Shown: positions 12,146 through 24,900, counted from the whole stretch's first letter. The stretch is DNA of 61,750 nt, filler included, from Basidioascus undulatus (GCA_000826855.1; 7 parts of 7 records of this genome joined end to end with filler, not necessarily neighbours in it), one strand, 5' to 3'. Notes: generated by a model not told the origin, from the sequence alone. A program made the numbers and translations.

Positions 12146-13118
12146 TCACGAGATGCTTCTCTCCTTGCTATCCACCGACACCGCATCCTCGACGTCCGAC
12201 TCCTTCCCTTGCACGCCGCCCTGGTGGTCCTCGGCGTCCTCGTTGAAGTCAGACAAAGCCACCAAAACACCTCCTCTCAAGGTCTACTGACAGCTTCCGC
12301 AGCCCAGAAGAACCCAGCTCTGTGAAGATAGGCAAGAGTCAGCGCGATGGGATGGGCCCGACGGCAGCTGCAGAAGGCCTTACGAGATTCCGCAGAACGC
12401 AGAGCCAAACAGCATGAACCACGTCGTGGAGCTCTTGTTCTGTAGGTTGTCGTCAGCAAAACCTTCTTGTTCAGCTTGAATGTCGGATATTGGGTGCACA
12501 TTGGTGTACAGGCCAGCACCGTACAAGGGGTAACCGATTGTTCCGAGCTGTTGTCCGACCACAAGTGAGCCGATGAACGCACTACTTCGAGCGGTTGGGC
12601 GAAAGACGTACCGCCAACGCGTATGTGAGACCAATCTTGTTGATCATACCGCCCGCGCATATGCAAAAGATCTGTAGGACGCTGTTGAGCGGCAACACCA
12701 TGCGCAGTCGCGACGCATTCCAGACGTACAACCATGAGGCCATACACAAGTGCATCTGCGGAAAAGGGTTTAAGTAAGATTTTACATTTGTTATACTGCG
12801 CATAGCGCAGAAAGAAGGCTCACTAGCTGCGCTGACGGCGTACGGCTCCGCCGCACCTCCTGCTCCCAGCTGCCCTCGAGACGTCAATCCCGGTCTTTGG
12901 GCGGCGCTTCAGCAAGAGAAACCTACCCCGCCCAAGGCATCCCACATTCCCGGTGCGCATACCGAGACCAGCCCGGCCAGAAGGATCTGAAAGGATTCAA
13001 TGTAAGCTCGAACTTGCAGATCGCTGGAAGTCGATGGATGATTTGCCTGGAACGGCACACTCCTGAACCAGCTGCCCCTTCTCACCACTAATTTCTCATT
13101 GGCAATAGAAGCGGTCAT
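12146..13118 (-). CDS. UNC-93-like MFS transporter, internally truncated (about 4 TM), possible pseudogene
   Basis: Spliced: MTASIANEK...ILLAGLVSVCAPGMWDALGG|LGAGGAAEPYAVSAA|NAFVYGLMV|FCICAGGMINKIGLTYALA|LGTIGYPLYGAGLYTN|NKSSTTWFMLFGSAFCGIS|AGFFWAAEA, then straight into an acidic tail DAEDHQGG...KERSIS*. Confidence 0.7.
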
Positions 13119-13788
13119 TTTCAATAGAGGAGAAGAGAGCCAAGATGGTCAGTAGCCCGAATTGGAAGACCCGAAAATTGGCGGCTAAATGAGTGGAAGA
13201 GCAGCTTTGCGGATCGGAAGGAGCGAGCACGACATCGTTGAACGGTGCCGGTAGCATAGTGATACCACAAAGTGAAGAAAAAGATGAAAATAAGTTGATG
13301 TATCAGAAATCATCGTAAGACATCGGCTGTGGAGACGGGCTACCGACGGCTGCGCATGGTGCCCCGCTACGGGCCCTCAGGGCGTAAGAATGCGAGCTTC
13401 GCATCGAGTACAGTGAAATTCATCGACAGCAGCCACTCGGGGGTTTTCTTTCTTGTTTGTATTTAGATTGAAGAATATCTGCCGGGCGGAGGCATACGTG
13501 TGACTGACGGCCTATGAGAATATGGTGTGACTCGTGGCGGGCAATCAGCGCGTTGCGCGCCGACATGATGCTGGTGTCATTCATCAGGTCTGAAATGTTC
13601 GCTTGCGTTATCTTTTTTTTAGCGAGCTACATGTAATAATAAGGACGGGCTATTTGACGTCGAAGGCACAAAACAGCTTCCTCAAGCAAGCTGCAAGAAC
13701 GGCGAACGCAGCGCCTGAGAACGAATCCTCCGAGCTCGTTTACTCCTCAGCGGTTAGATAATAGGCAGAGACTGGTCAGCAAGCCGTA

Positions 13789-15184
13789 CTAGAGCGTGGT
13801 CAAGCGGACAGCAAAGCGCCGCACCTCCCCCCCAGCCGGCAGCCTGCATGGCCTCCCGGATGTCGCGCTCCCTCTCCAGGCGCTGCTCCTTCGTGCCGTT
13901 CGTGTCGGAGAGGCGGACGGGAAACTCACGCTGCTCGACCTCCCGCGTGGTGACGCGCTCCCCACGGCCCTCAGCGATCGCCTTGCAGTCCTCTACGCCG
14001 CATCAACGGTGAAGCGCGGGTTCAGGAAGCTCCAAAGAATACATTGTGACCCTGTAATCCAGCAAGAGTCCGCGAGTGTCTGGCCAGGCATCAAGCGAAC
14101 AGAGCAGCCGGCGAGGCTGGGGGCGTCATGCGCAGCGCCTCGGCGATCCGGAGCAGGGCTGAGGCGCTGTGCGACGACGCTATAATGCACTCCTTGATGT
14201 CGGAGAGCTCAACAGTTCCCAAAGCTGAAACAGCAGTGACAAGCCTCTTCCAACTTCCGTTGATGAGAGCTTGTTAGCCACTCAATAGGATTCGCCGATG
14301 GGGGGAGAGGAACTCAATGTTGTTGAGCTGCAGCTCGAGCACGCGAATAGGCAGAGCCGCTTGCAAGAGGTAGGAAAACTAAGGCGGAAGGGTAGATTCC
14401 CGACAAACGAGAACAAGGCGATCGAGGGAGAGGCTGACCAAATAAGGGTTTCGACAGAGCGTCGAAGCGAAGCGCGAGTACTGGCTCGAATGGGTGAGAG
14501 GGCAGCGCGAGTAGGCGGTCCTCATGCCGAGGTGGTACCACGCGCGGCTGACCAGGAGGGGCAGAAGCGAAACGGACGCTTGACAAGCTCCACGGGCGGC
14601 GGCTCGAAGAGGTAGCGGAAGATCGAAAGGAGCACGTCGAAGGGGAATGGCCTGACAGACTGGAATGAAAGCGGAATCACATTAAGCGCACAAAAAATAG
14701 TTGGTGCGTCTCAAAATGCCATTGGCATACCATTTCGGAAAGTTCAGCGTCACGAGCAACCAGCGGATGGACAGAAGTAAGTGCCTAGGGGGGTGCAGAA
14801 GATCGGCTTAAGTTGTCGCCCGAGACCAATGACCAAGAATCGCCGTCTGTTGAACCACCTTTCCATGCTTCTCGGCCATCCGAAGCGTACCGTTCTTGAA
14901 CAGCGGCTTCCTCGCTGACCCACGGCCCCGGGCCCCCTCGCTGTGTCAGGCACGCCGGTTCAGCAAACCCGGCATAGACTGAAGAGGTGCTTACATAGAG
15001 GTAACCAAGCCTTGAGAATAATGAGGATGGGGAGAAGAGGCCCAGGTATCAGGAAGCCGATTCCGAAGTGCTCACCAACCGGCGGACGCATGACAATCTT
15101 CCAGATCATGTACCCGAGCGCCAGCGCCGCGATGTGGAAGAGGTTCATCCAGAAGAAGAGGCTAAGAGTGTTGAATGTAAGCAT
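13789..15184 (-). pseudogene. Decayed gene with N-terminal TM segment and F-box-like domain
   Basis: Hydrophobic N-terminus (MLTFNTLSLFFW...), F-box-like PFDVLLSIFRYL, then after a frameshift LVSRAWYHLGMRTAYSRC...FASTLCRNPYL. Several in-frame stops and frameshifts. Confidence 0.5.
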
Positions 15185-16288
15185 TTGAGGTATAGGTGCC
15201 TGTGGCGGATATCAGAGATTCGTTGAGGCGAATATGGACAGAAGGTACGAGAGTAGGTGTTGAGGACGTCGAGGAGAGTCGGTGGTGGGGGTAACCCTTG
15301 AGAGCCCAGATGCGGTGCCGCGTGCCGCGAGCCCGCGCCTGCCAGACTTCCGACTTCTGCTGATGGGCTTGTCCTTGCCGCAGCAAGTTTGCAGTCTCAG
15401 GCCTTACTGTACGTGGACTTGATTCCGCAACCTCTCAACAACTTCGCACACTGTCGCACACCGTACGTAAGACTTTACACCCACAGGGAGAAATTTCTAC
15501 CTTGGAAAATTCACTCTAAACTTCCTACAGGGCATACCATAACTTGAAAAGTGCCTGCGGATATTCTGTCATCCAGAGTCCTTCACACCTGCCTTGCAAG
15601 CAAGATCTGTTATGCCTCGTTACCCTCCCGCTCCCCGACAAGCTTCCCTCAGCTCTAATACACCAAGAACAAGTATAGAGAACCGCTGAGAGACAAGTAT
15701 TAATTAAGGCGCCAGGCCAAATCGCCGTGAAGGTGGGTCATGATCGAGGCTGGAAGTCCCCATCTCCACTATCAGTGTGACTATTTTCAGAGTAGCGGCT
15801 GTACTGGCAGGGCGGCCATGTGACGAATCTGAGTTGGGCAACGACTCCCGGTTCTTGCATCTTTGCCTTGCGGCGGTGTGTCAGCTGTACACCTGCAACA
15901 GCGGGTGGTGCCGCGTACCGGGCAGGCTGTTGTGATTTTTGTAGACCTTCCCCCTTGTCTAGCAAGTTATTCGCTCCTTATGGGTGTTGGGGTCTAAGCC
16001 GGTGTGTCGCGCGTGGAAGGGTCTTTTCACGTTGGCCGCCTGTCAGCTCAGCTCAGCGTGCAAGTTCCAATGGTTTATTCTTTATTTTCAATGATTTAGT
16101 GCATTATGTAAATTATCCCCCGTGTGACTTTGTGCCGTGCTGATCTAATGTTTCCACTGAAGAGAAGAAGGGTAGTCAAAGCGATATTCTGTACACAGCG
16201 ACAGGCGGCACGACCTGGATGCTCGAGAAGACAAGAACACAGCGTGTTCGTTAAATCAGAGGGGAAAAAACCTGATATTAGAGCAACA

Positions 16289-16560
16289 TCATGGTAGGCC
16301 TATTCCCCCGAATCCCAGATCGCGCAGTGTCAGACACGCCAGTCGGAGAGTCCTGCAAAGAGGGGGCGTACACGCATAGGCGATTTCAAGAATCGCCAGT
16401 GCGGCAAAAATGTACGCTGATGCCAGTACGCCGAACGAGAAGCGGTCAGTAAGCAGCGGACTCGACCACGCCTTCCAGAGCCACAACGCCGTCAACGCGA
16501 CGTTGGTGGTCAAGGCGAGAAGAAACATTATCAAAATGTTGTTGTTCCAAGGCGTCTGGT
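16289..16560 (-). CDS. Possible exon of a small membrane protein
   Basis: AG-preceded open segment with two hydrophobic helices (ILIMFLLALTTNVALTALWLW; FSFGVLASAYIFAALAILEIAY). Full model not resolved. Confidence 0.3.
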
Positions 16561-17254
16561 AAGCGAGAAGGTTATTTGGGTGGGGGAAGAGTTCGTGCGA
16601 ATGAACGACAGAAGGCCGCAGGAGCTGGTGCCGTGTGCTGGCGGAATATGGTCAGTCAACCTGGGGAGACCCGGGAGTCGGGTTCAGCAGGCGCGCAGCC
16701 TGCAGGGCAGCGGCTGCAACGACGGGGCCCATTTTCTACACATACGCGCAAGCGCTAGCACTGCAAGCACTCATGTAAGCGGCAGTCTCACTTCTTTGTG
16801 TGGTATGGGAAACGCTGGACAGGACTCATATATTCAGCTCTAGAAGGGATATATTCGAGCATCCCTCCGCCTTCCGCTGCAACAAGCTGCAATGCACTTG
16901 ACATTCAGTCGCCATCTCCTGGACCGAGCGCTATGCAGCATACTTGTTTGTGCAACGTTGGAACTCACCCACTTTCAGAGCTCACACGCCCCCCTTCTTG
17001 GATGCGTGTTCTGGCTGAGGGGGGTTCAAGAACTTGCGCTTGCTTGCTCGCAAGCGCAGGCTGACAACAGCCTGAAGGAAATCCGCGTCGGCAATGCATG
17101 GTATTAAAGGGAGAAGAAGTGTACCGGATATCTCGTTTAATGTACAGGAAAGAAACAAAGGTATAATCGAACAGACAATAATGCAACCATGCAAGTCCAG
17201 GAAACCCCAACCCCGCCCACCATCCAACAAGCACCACACGTCAATCGTCATCGT

Positions 17255-17612
17255 CTATTTGCGGTAGGGCGCCCCCGGCCGCAAGCTCGGATGTCTGGGC
17301 GACGTGAGCGGGGCCTCCATGAACGCTGCGTGCGGCGGCGACCGCAGGGCGGGCTGGGGCTGGTACGCGTGGATGCGCTCGTGCTCGTAGGAGTGGCGTG
17401 GCGGGGGGTACGCTCCGCGGGAGAGGGACCACGGGTCGCTGTATGACGCGCCTGTCGGGCTGGTGTATCCGTACTCGGCGTACTCCTGCGGGGAGTACGG
17501 CGAGTAAGGAGACGTCGCGCCGGAGGATGGTGCAGGGGCGGGGGCGTAAGTGTTGTATGACGCCGGCGGCGGGGCGGGCGTGGGGTAGGGGTATCGGCTG
17601 GGGGAGAGCGGC
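17255..17612 (-). CDS. C-terminal fragment of a Pro/Ser/Tyr-rich protein, 5'-truncated by contig end
   Basis: Open frame ...RYPYPTPAPPPASYNTYAPAP...SPYSPYSPQEYAEYGYTSPTG...RPGAPYRK* with GC-rich third positions. Confidence 0.5.
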
Positions 17613-17712
17613 NNNNNNNNNNNNNNNNNNNNNNNNNNNNNNNNNNNNNNNNNNNNTTAATTAATTAANNNNNNNNNNNNNNNNNNNNNNNNNNNNNNNN
17701 NNNNNNNNNNNN
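17613..17712. other. Artificial contig spacer
   Basis: N-run with TTAATTAATTAA. Confidence 0.97.
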
Positions 17713-18261
17713 GAGGGAGGGGGGGAGAGAGGAGAGTTGGGGAGAGGTGGATAGATGGGATGGGGAGGGAGAGGGGGGAGAGTGGGTCATGCGCGGATGC
17801 ATGCCTTGCGTGCTGCGTCATTATTGAGGTTTGTGGGTGTGGGATGTTGCGCGTGAGTAAGCGTGTGGGGCGTGAGGTCTGCGGGGGTGTGGGAGGTTGT
17901 GAAGTGCGGTAAGGAGAAACGCATCAGACGTAAGGACGGCTCGCTTGCCTTCTGCCTTGAGGATCTACGTATTTGAAAATTCTCCCTCCTCATGAGGACT
18001 TCCAAAATCTCCAGGCCCAGCTCCCGAGACAGCCACTTGAGCAGGCACGCACAACACGCCAGCCGCATTCCCAGCCTCGCCTGCAACTGTTTTCCTCGGC
18101 TTCGCCACACGAGTAGGCTCAGCACGCTCTTGCTCTCATTCTTCCACCCTCTCAATCCTGCCCTTTCCCAGATGTGAAGCTTTCAAGTTTGATCAATTCA
18201 ACTCATGGCAGTGCATGCGGGAGCAGACGCATAAGCCAGCAACGTCTCCATGAAAGGGATA

Positions 18262-19279
18262 TCAGTCGGCGCCTAAATCACACAGGGTCCCATCGGCCAC
18301 CAGATCCCGATAATACATGTCGAAGTCCCCTAGAGCCATGACCACCTTTACGCTACGAGGTGCAGGCAGATGGATAGCCAGATCCCGTTCAAGCTTGGCT
18401 TTGAGCCTGCGAGCCTCTGTCATACATTGCGAATCAACATCGAGGATGATTATCAACTTTCTGCAGCGATTGAGAGTTCGACAGCCGCTCGGTTCCTCCC
18501 ATGTATCGAGAGACATGGTCATACTGCTCAAACACCAGGGTGGCAAGATGAGAGAGGTGCCGCATTTCGCTTTCGAGCGTGCCCACGATGTTCGGTACCT
18601 CGAAAGGAATGCCCCGGATGGCCAAGCGCATCACAGTGGATATAGTGAGCACTCCCGACCAGTCCCTCAACGATCCGGATCGGGGGACACAGGTTGTGCT
18701 GGCCCAATTGATACTCGCTGGCTTCAGTGGACAGGTTGGTGTAGAAGCCGTGGATCACAAGATGTCGGATCGAGGACTTTGAAGCAGCAATGCGCCAAAG
18801 AAAGTCATACAGGGCTCTGTTGAATTGTCGAAGATCGACAGGAGGGATCATAAACAGGGGTAGACAGAGCGTGTGGAGAGTGGCGAGAAGCGACGGATTG
18901 GATCGAACGGAACGATGGAACATCCTGAAACGCCGCGCGGACTGCTGAAGAGATCATCCCATGTTTTGGCCCTCAGATCCACCAAAGAGTACGCCAAGAT
19001 CTGGCCAGCTCTCTGAAGCAATGCGATGCGAGACAGAGCGAGGCCAACGTGACTGTCGATGCACGTACTTCCACCGATGAGCGTACCGGAGAATAGGGTA
19101 AGACAAGTGACTTGCTCAACAATGAGGCCAATGATGTCGTAGGGAATCTGAGGAATTCGAGTGCTTAGGCGCGGTTGTGCATGAGGAACCCCTGCAGAGT
19201 TGAAAAGCAAATCGAGCAGCTCGACCAGCCTATGGAGAAACCATGCGAAGAAGCCGATGACGATAACAAAGAGAACCAT
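18262..19279 (-). pseudogene. Frameshifted gene with N-terminal TM segment and F-box-like domain
   Basis: MVLFVIVIGFFAWFL (TM), IPQIPYDIIGLIVEQ (F-box-like), then protein-like text continues across frame changes (FHRSVRSNPSLLATLHTL; VMRLAIRGIPFE..LSHLATLVF; CRKLIIILD...GAD*) with no intron signals at the shifts. Confidence 0.55.
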
Positions 19280-20399
19280 GCCGTCTGGATCGAAAGAAGG
19301 CTGAGCGGTTTCGACGTTTAATGAGCTCGGGACGACGACCTAGTAGTGAAGATGGTGGTGGGAGGCAAGGACGGGAGTCAAGGATCATTGGTGCCGCGGT
19401 GGGAGCTTTCGAGGCGTAATGAGTCCCACAAAGTTTCGGATGTTAATTGCTTGATGGAGATCAAATAATACATTTGTATTATTTGGACCTAGGTCAATCT
19501 CTGCGAAATTGGTAATTCTCAACAGCTATGACTACAACGTCGAGGACTCAATGAGGACAGTTCTTCCTTCATTTCTTGTTCACGAGACTTTGTTCGACTT
19601 GCTTCAATCCTGATATAAGGGCTTTGAACGAGAACTTGTAATGAGTGTAAAGTTACCTCAGACGAGAGCAATGCTATACCCACAGTAGATGTACGCAGTC
19701 ATGCATCCGATAGTTCGGTCGCTACTGAGCCCATGCATCCTTTCACAACTTCAAGTTGAAGATCAATACTCCAAATCTAGAGCCTCCAAAGATCTCTAAC
19801 CGACCCAGCCTTGAATTTCCTGGTGGGCGGACGGGATCTTGTGCATTATCGCAGCGCTTTGGCGTTTCAGGCTCTCCACCGGTCCTTTGCTTTCTCGCCG
19901 TTACCTTCAAGCGTCCATCGCTTTCTTCCCTCATATGACTCTCCCATGCTTCCCCACAAACGACGCACTATGGAGTCCGATCCCCATCCCACTTCCTCGA
20001 TCGTAACGGCGACTCCCACCTCTGCCGGTTTCACCGGATCCTCCCCCACCATCAAGCCCACCAAAGCCATCAAATAGCTCGTCTCGGCCTCATACCCGAG
20101 CTGGTCGTCGAAGCTCTCCGGACGCACCTCGTTCCGGCGCTATCCACATCCGACGCGTCCAATGTCGTCCAGATCCTGAACGCCGCGAAGGCGAAGTACG
20201 GATCTCAGGCGAAAGCCGATATGGTGCAGGAGGTTTATGAGAAATACTCCAAGAGCCTGGAGACGCAGCTCAAGGATTTGGAGAAGGACATTGGGGCGAA
20301 CGGCAGAGAGGGCTGAGAAGAGCAGTGAGCCTGATACGCCGAGTTGATCTCAGAGCTTCAACGCGGAAACCGCTCCCCTGGATTTGGTGGATAGGAGAG

Positions 20400-21210
20400 A
20401 TTATGCGCTCTATTGTGGAGGAAATCTGGACTGGTTATCCACGTTTTCGACATGGGCATCGAGTCCGACGGCGACCTCTCCCTCGTGTACTACAGCCTGT
20501 CGTTCTGTGCGGGCGAAGCAGGGATGGGAAGAGCAGGTGCGCCTTGATAGGCTGACCTTTAGCCCCAGAAAGTTAGAGTCTCACAGGGAGAGATGATGAG
20601 CTCGATCGCAGACGAAATATCGGAGTGGCTGTCCACGCTCTTCGCATCGTTGTCGAGTCCGACGCAGACCTCGCGCTCGTTCACTCCAGCTTGTCATTCT
20701 GCGTAGACGCCGTCGAGAGTCTCCACAGCAGCGACAGCCGGTAACCCCACCATCTTCCAATCATCTTTGGTCAGCCCGACTGAGCTGTCTTCCGCGCGCT
20801 CCCCAGCACGCCGTTCGAGGACATGGTTAGCGGTTTCGAGATCAAGAGCTCGGCCAGCGAGCGCGTCTACGGTCCTACCGGCTTCTCGAACCAGACCACC
20901 TGCTTCTACCGGGAGAGCGTCCTGGCCGCCCTCGCCCGCGGTACCGATGTCGAGGTCGTCCGGAGCGTTGTCTCCGGCAAGGACGCCGAGTCGCTGAGAC
21001 TGAGAGACGAGGGCGGGGGTACGTCCGCGCGCATCGTTTTCCGGGGTGCACCTTTGGCAAGAGGAAATTTTCTGACAGAGATGTGTTTTTCCAGGGAAGG
21101 ATTCAGAATGGGAGGAGTTCTTCGATGAGTGGTGGACGGACGACATCAAAGCTGCCGTTCCTCGTATGCGCAGTCTCCTCGCGTCGACCGGCGTCGCGAC
21201 TTCTTGAGGA
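20400..21210 (+). pseudogene. Decayed coding remnants with a diverged internal duplication
   Basis: Two similar peptides (VIHVFDMGIESDGDLSLVYYSLSFC and AVHALRIVVESDADLALVHSSLSFC), in-frame stops, one GTACGT..CAG intron, ending ...LLASTGVATS*. Confidence 0.35.
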
Positions 21211-21988
21211 GCAACTGGGGGGGACAATCAGGTGATCGCTTCAGTCCAGCCCCGTCTTGGAGGCACTAAAGACTAATGAGAGTGATAACGTCAAGGCAAT
21301 ACTGCAGACGCTGCGGTTCGGGATGGCCTGGTTTCGAGGGATTAGCTATGGCTCGGGGCGCTTGTTGCAGCTAGGACCTGGTCGCTGCCTACGTCTACAT
21401 GAAAATGTTCCAATTGTACCGCCGTCGAAGACTGAAACGCTCGCTGCGAAAGAAACCAAGAGTTGACAGCTGTCAGCTGTTAGGTCTGGTTAGACGGACG
21501 CGCGGGCCAACGGTCGGACGCGTCCTGAAGGCGTGAGTCCTGTCCTCCGCCTTGTTTGCCATCTACCAACAACACCTTTTCACCGGGCTAACGCCTGCCC
21601 GCCGTTCCTGGCACATACTCCTTCAGCCAAACGACCGAAAACGCGACACCCACGCCCCCGACGACTTTGGCGACGAGCACGACCGAACCACGTCTTCTGG
21701 CCGCGACGAGACCGGACTGGACCTGAAGGTGCTGGACTGGCTGTTGGGACGCGCAGGTCAGCCGGTCTTCCTTGCTTTACGAGAGGACAGAACCACTTTA
21801 GGACGGGTGCCTCTGGTCTATATGGGAGGGTCGGAGGGCACGCTGGAGATGGGCCGGAACAGGAGGAGCAGTTCGCGAGCCGGTGGTCGTCCGAGCGGGT
21901 GTACTGACCTTCGATTGGGCCTGCTACAGCTCTTTCGATCCAAAACCATCGATACTACACTCACTGACACACCTATCGATTCGCCATC

Positions 21989-24900
21989 ATGTACGCACTG
22001 CCCGCGCTGCTGCTCCGGCTGAGCCCGCTGACCTGAGCGCTGCTGCCGCAGGGACGGCGCGCCTCCGCCCGAGGAGGACTTCTCGCAGATTCCCCTTCCG
22101 GATCGGATAGCGCACTCTGTGCGTTCCTTCTCCAGTTACTATGCAGATTCCACGCTCACTTGAGCGCCTCCACGCTGGCCGCAGAACTGGAAAGCCCGTG
22201 TCTCAGCGTACACCGAACTCGTCGCCGCCTTCCAGCGCTCCTCGTCCGACGACGACCCCGTCTTCCGACAATGGCTCTCCAACACGGACATGCTCAAGAA
22301 GGCCGTGACGGACTCGAACGCGGCTGCGCAGGAGAAGGGGCTCGAGATGGTGTGCACGCTCGTACGCGAGGCGGGCACGAACGCGGCGAGGTGCGTGGAT
22401 GGCTAGGGAGATAGCCCTGGGAAGAAGGCTCACGGGGTTGGCGTGCAGGTTGAGGGAGGACATCGTCAAGCCGGCCATTGAGAAAGGGTTGGGCGCGGCG
22501 CGGGCGGGAACCAAGACTAAGGCGCTCGAGCTCGCGCTGCTGTTTGTGGAGGTAGAAGGCCAGGCGGACGGGGTCGCGGTGCGTTTAATGTCTCTTCCTG
22601 GGCCGGGTGGAAATGCTCATGCAGATCGGAGGATGCAGGCGACGATCTTGGAGTCGTTGGGAGCGAAGCAGCCGAAGCTTGTCGCGGGCTGCGTGACTGG
22701 CTTGAAGGAGATTATCCGGTGCGTGGCTGTGGGCCGAACAGGATCGAAATTGAAACAGCTGATGCGCTCCATTCTTGCAGGCAATTTGGACTTCGCACGC
22801 TGTCCAATTCGAAACCGCTGCTCAAAGCGCTGCCCAAGATCTTCTCTCATACGGACAAGACCGTCCGCTCTGAGGTACCTTGCCTATGAATACCTCCATG
22901 CTTTCTCCTCAAACTCCATCCTCACCATGCGCTCCAAACCCCAGGGCACGCTGCTCGTCCAAAATCTCTACACCTACCTAGGCTCCGCGCTCCTCCCGCT
23001 CCTCGAGGAGCTCAAGCCCGTGCAGGTCAAGGAGCTGCAGGAGAGCTTCGCGAAGATGGACGGCGAGGGAAAGGGCGCGGGGACGGGCGCGCAGACGCGA
23101 TTCACGCGCGCGCAGCTGGTTGAGAAGGCGGCGGCCGAGGCGGCGGGCGTGGAGGCGGAGGCGGAAGGTGCGTTGAAACCGGCCTGGCTGTTCGAGGTGG
23201 TTCAACTTGGACGACTGACAGAGGGTCTTCGGACGTGCAGCGGACGGGCCGATCGAGCTCGACTTCGACCCCGCGGACGACATCCCGCCTGTGGACGTGC
23301 TCTCGAACCTGCACCCGGACTTCTACGGCATGCTCGAGTCCAAGAAGTGGCAAGAGCGGAAGGAGGTGGTCGACGCGCTGCTCGAGACGCTCAAGAAGGC
23401 GCCGCGCGTCGAGCCGGGCGCGGACTACTCGACCGTCCTCGGCGCGCTCGCGAAGCGCATCTCCGAGACAAACATCAACGTCGTCATCGCTGCCGCGCAG
23501 GCGATCGAGGGCATCGCCAAGGGCCTCCGGACTGAGTTCGGGAAGCACAAGGGCACGGTTATGCACCCCCTCATGGACCGCTTGAAGGAGCGCAAGCAGA
23601 ACGTCACAGACGCGCTTGGGGCAGCTTTGGACGCGGTCTTCGCTTCGGTACGTCTGTTTTCCATTCCCCATGCCGCTTGGCGATCTGTGCTGAAACGCTG
23701 TGCTGGACAGGTTCCCTTTGCCGAAGTCACCGAAGACATTGTCTCCTACTCGTCGAACAAGAACCCGCAAGTCAAGACGGGCACGCTGCTCTTCGCGGTC
23801 CGCGCGCTGCGGACGACGCGCGAGGCGCCCTCTCCGAAGGACGTCAAGCCCCTCGCGGACGCGTTCGCGGCCACGCTCGCGGACACGTTCGAGCCCGTGC
23901 GGACGGCGGGCGCGGAGGCGCTCGGCACGCTCATGAAGATTGTGGGCGAGCGCGCGATGAACCCCATCATGGAGGGCATGGACGCCGTCAGGAAGGGCAA
24001 GGTCATGGAGTTCTATGAGAAGGCGCAGGTCAAGGCGAAGGCGGGCGCCCCTAAACCGGCACAGCCTAAGGCGGCGCCCCCACCGAAGGCGGCTCCCCCG
24101 AAGAAGGTGAGGGTGCTCCCGTAACCTTTTGGGGTCCCATGTCTCGTAACATAACATTAATGATACGCTTTCACCTGGTGCAGAAACACGCCACTCCCCC
24201 CGCCCCTTCGCCCTCGGCTGCGTCGCCTCCGCAAGAACCAGAAGACGTTCTCTCGGCTAGCGCGATGCAGTCTCCGAAGCGTGGACCGCCTGCTCGCCTA
24301 CTCGTACGACTCGCCCTTCTTCATTTTATCCGCCCCAGCGTGGCTGATATCATTTACGGGTTACAGGCCAGGAAAGCCGCAGCCTCGCCGCCGAAAGACG
24401 AGAACAACCAGCCGGAGGCTGACGCGCTGTCGTCGGCTGCCGCGATGGAACCGCCCAAGAGGGGTCTGCCTGCTCGACTTCTGGTGCGTATGGACTGTTT
24501 TACAAGAAAAGTGATGGACGTTGCTGAACTTCAAATACTCGCAGGCCAAGAAACCGCCTGCCGCCGCGGGCGGTTCTCCAGCGGCTGCCCCGCCAGCAGC
24601 CGCGAAGAAGCCTGCGCCGTCGGCAGCAGCCATAGCCGCCGCGTCCGCGAAGCCGAAAGGCGGCGCATCCGCGCCGGCCGAGCCGATCCGGTACCGCTTC
24701 TCGTCCGAGGACGCAGAGGCGCAGGCGCATGAGCTCGTGCCTGCCGGTCTGCCCGCCGCGCTCGAGGATTCTAACTGGAAAGCGCGTCTGCAGGGCATGG
24801 AGGACTTCACAGCGTGGCTTGAGGGCGGCGCGGTCGACACCGCCGAGGCGGAGGTGCTCGTTCGGTTCTTAGGCAAGCGGCCGGGGTGGAACGAGAAAAA

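Noticed and set aside
17255..17821. A single gene spanning the spacer (ATG at 17821 joined to the Pro/Tyr-rich tail)
   Set aside because: The two sides belong to different size-sorted contigs, so the join is artificial.
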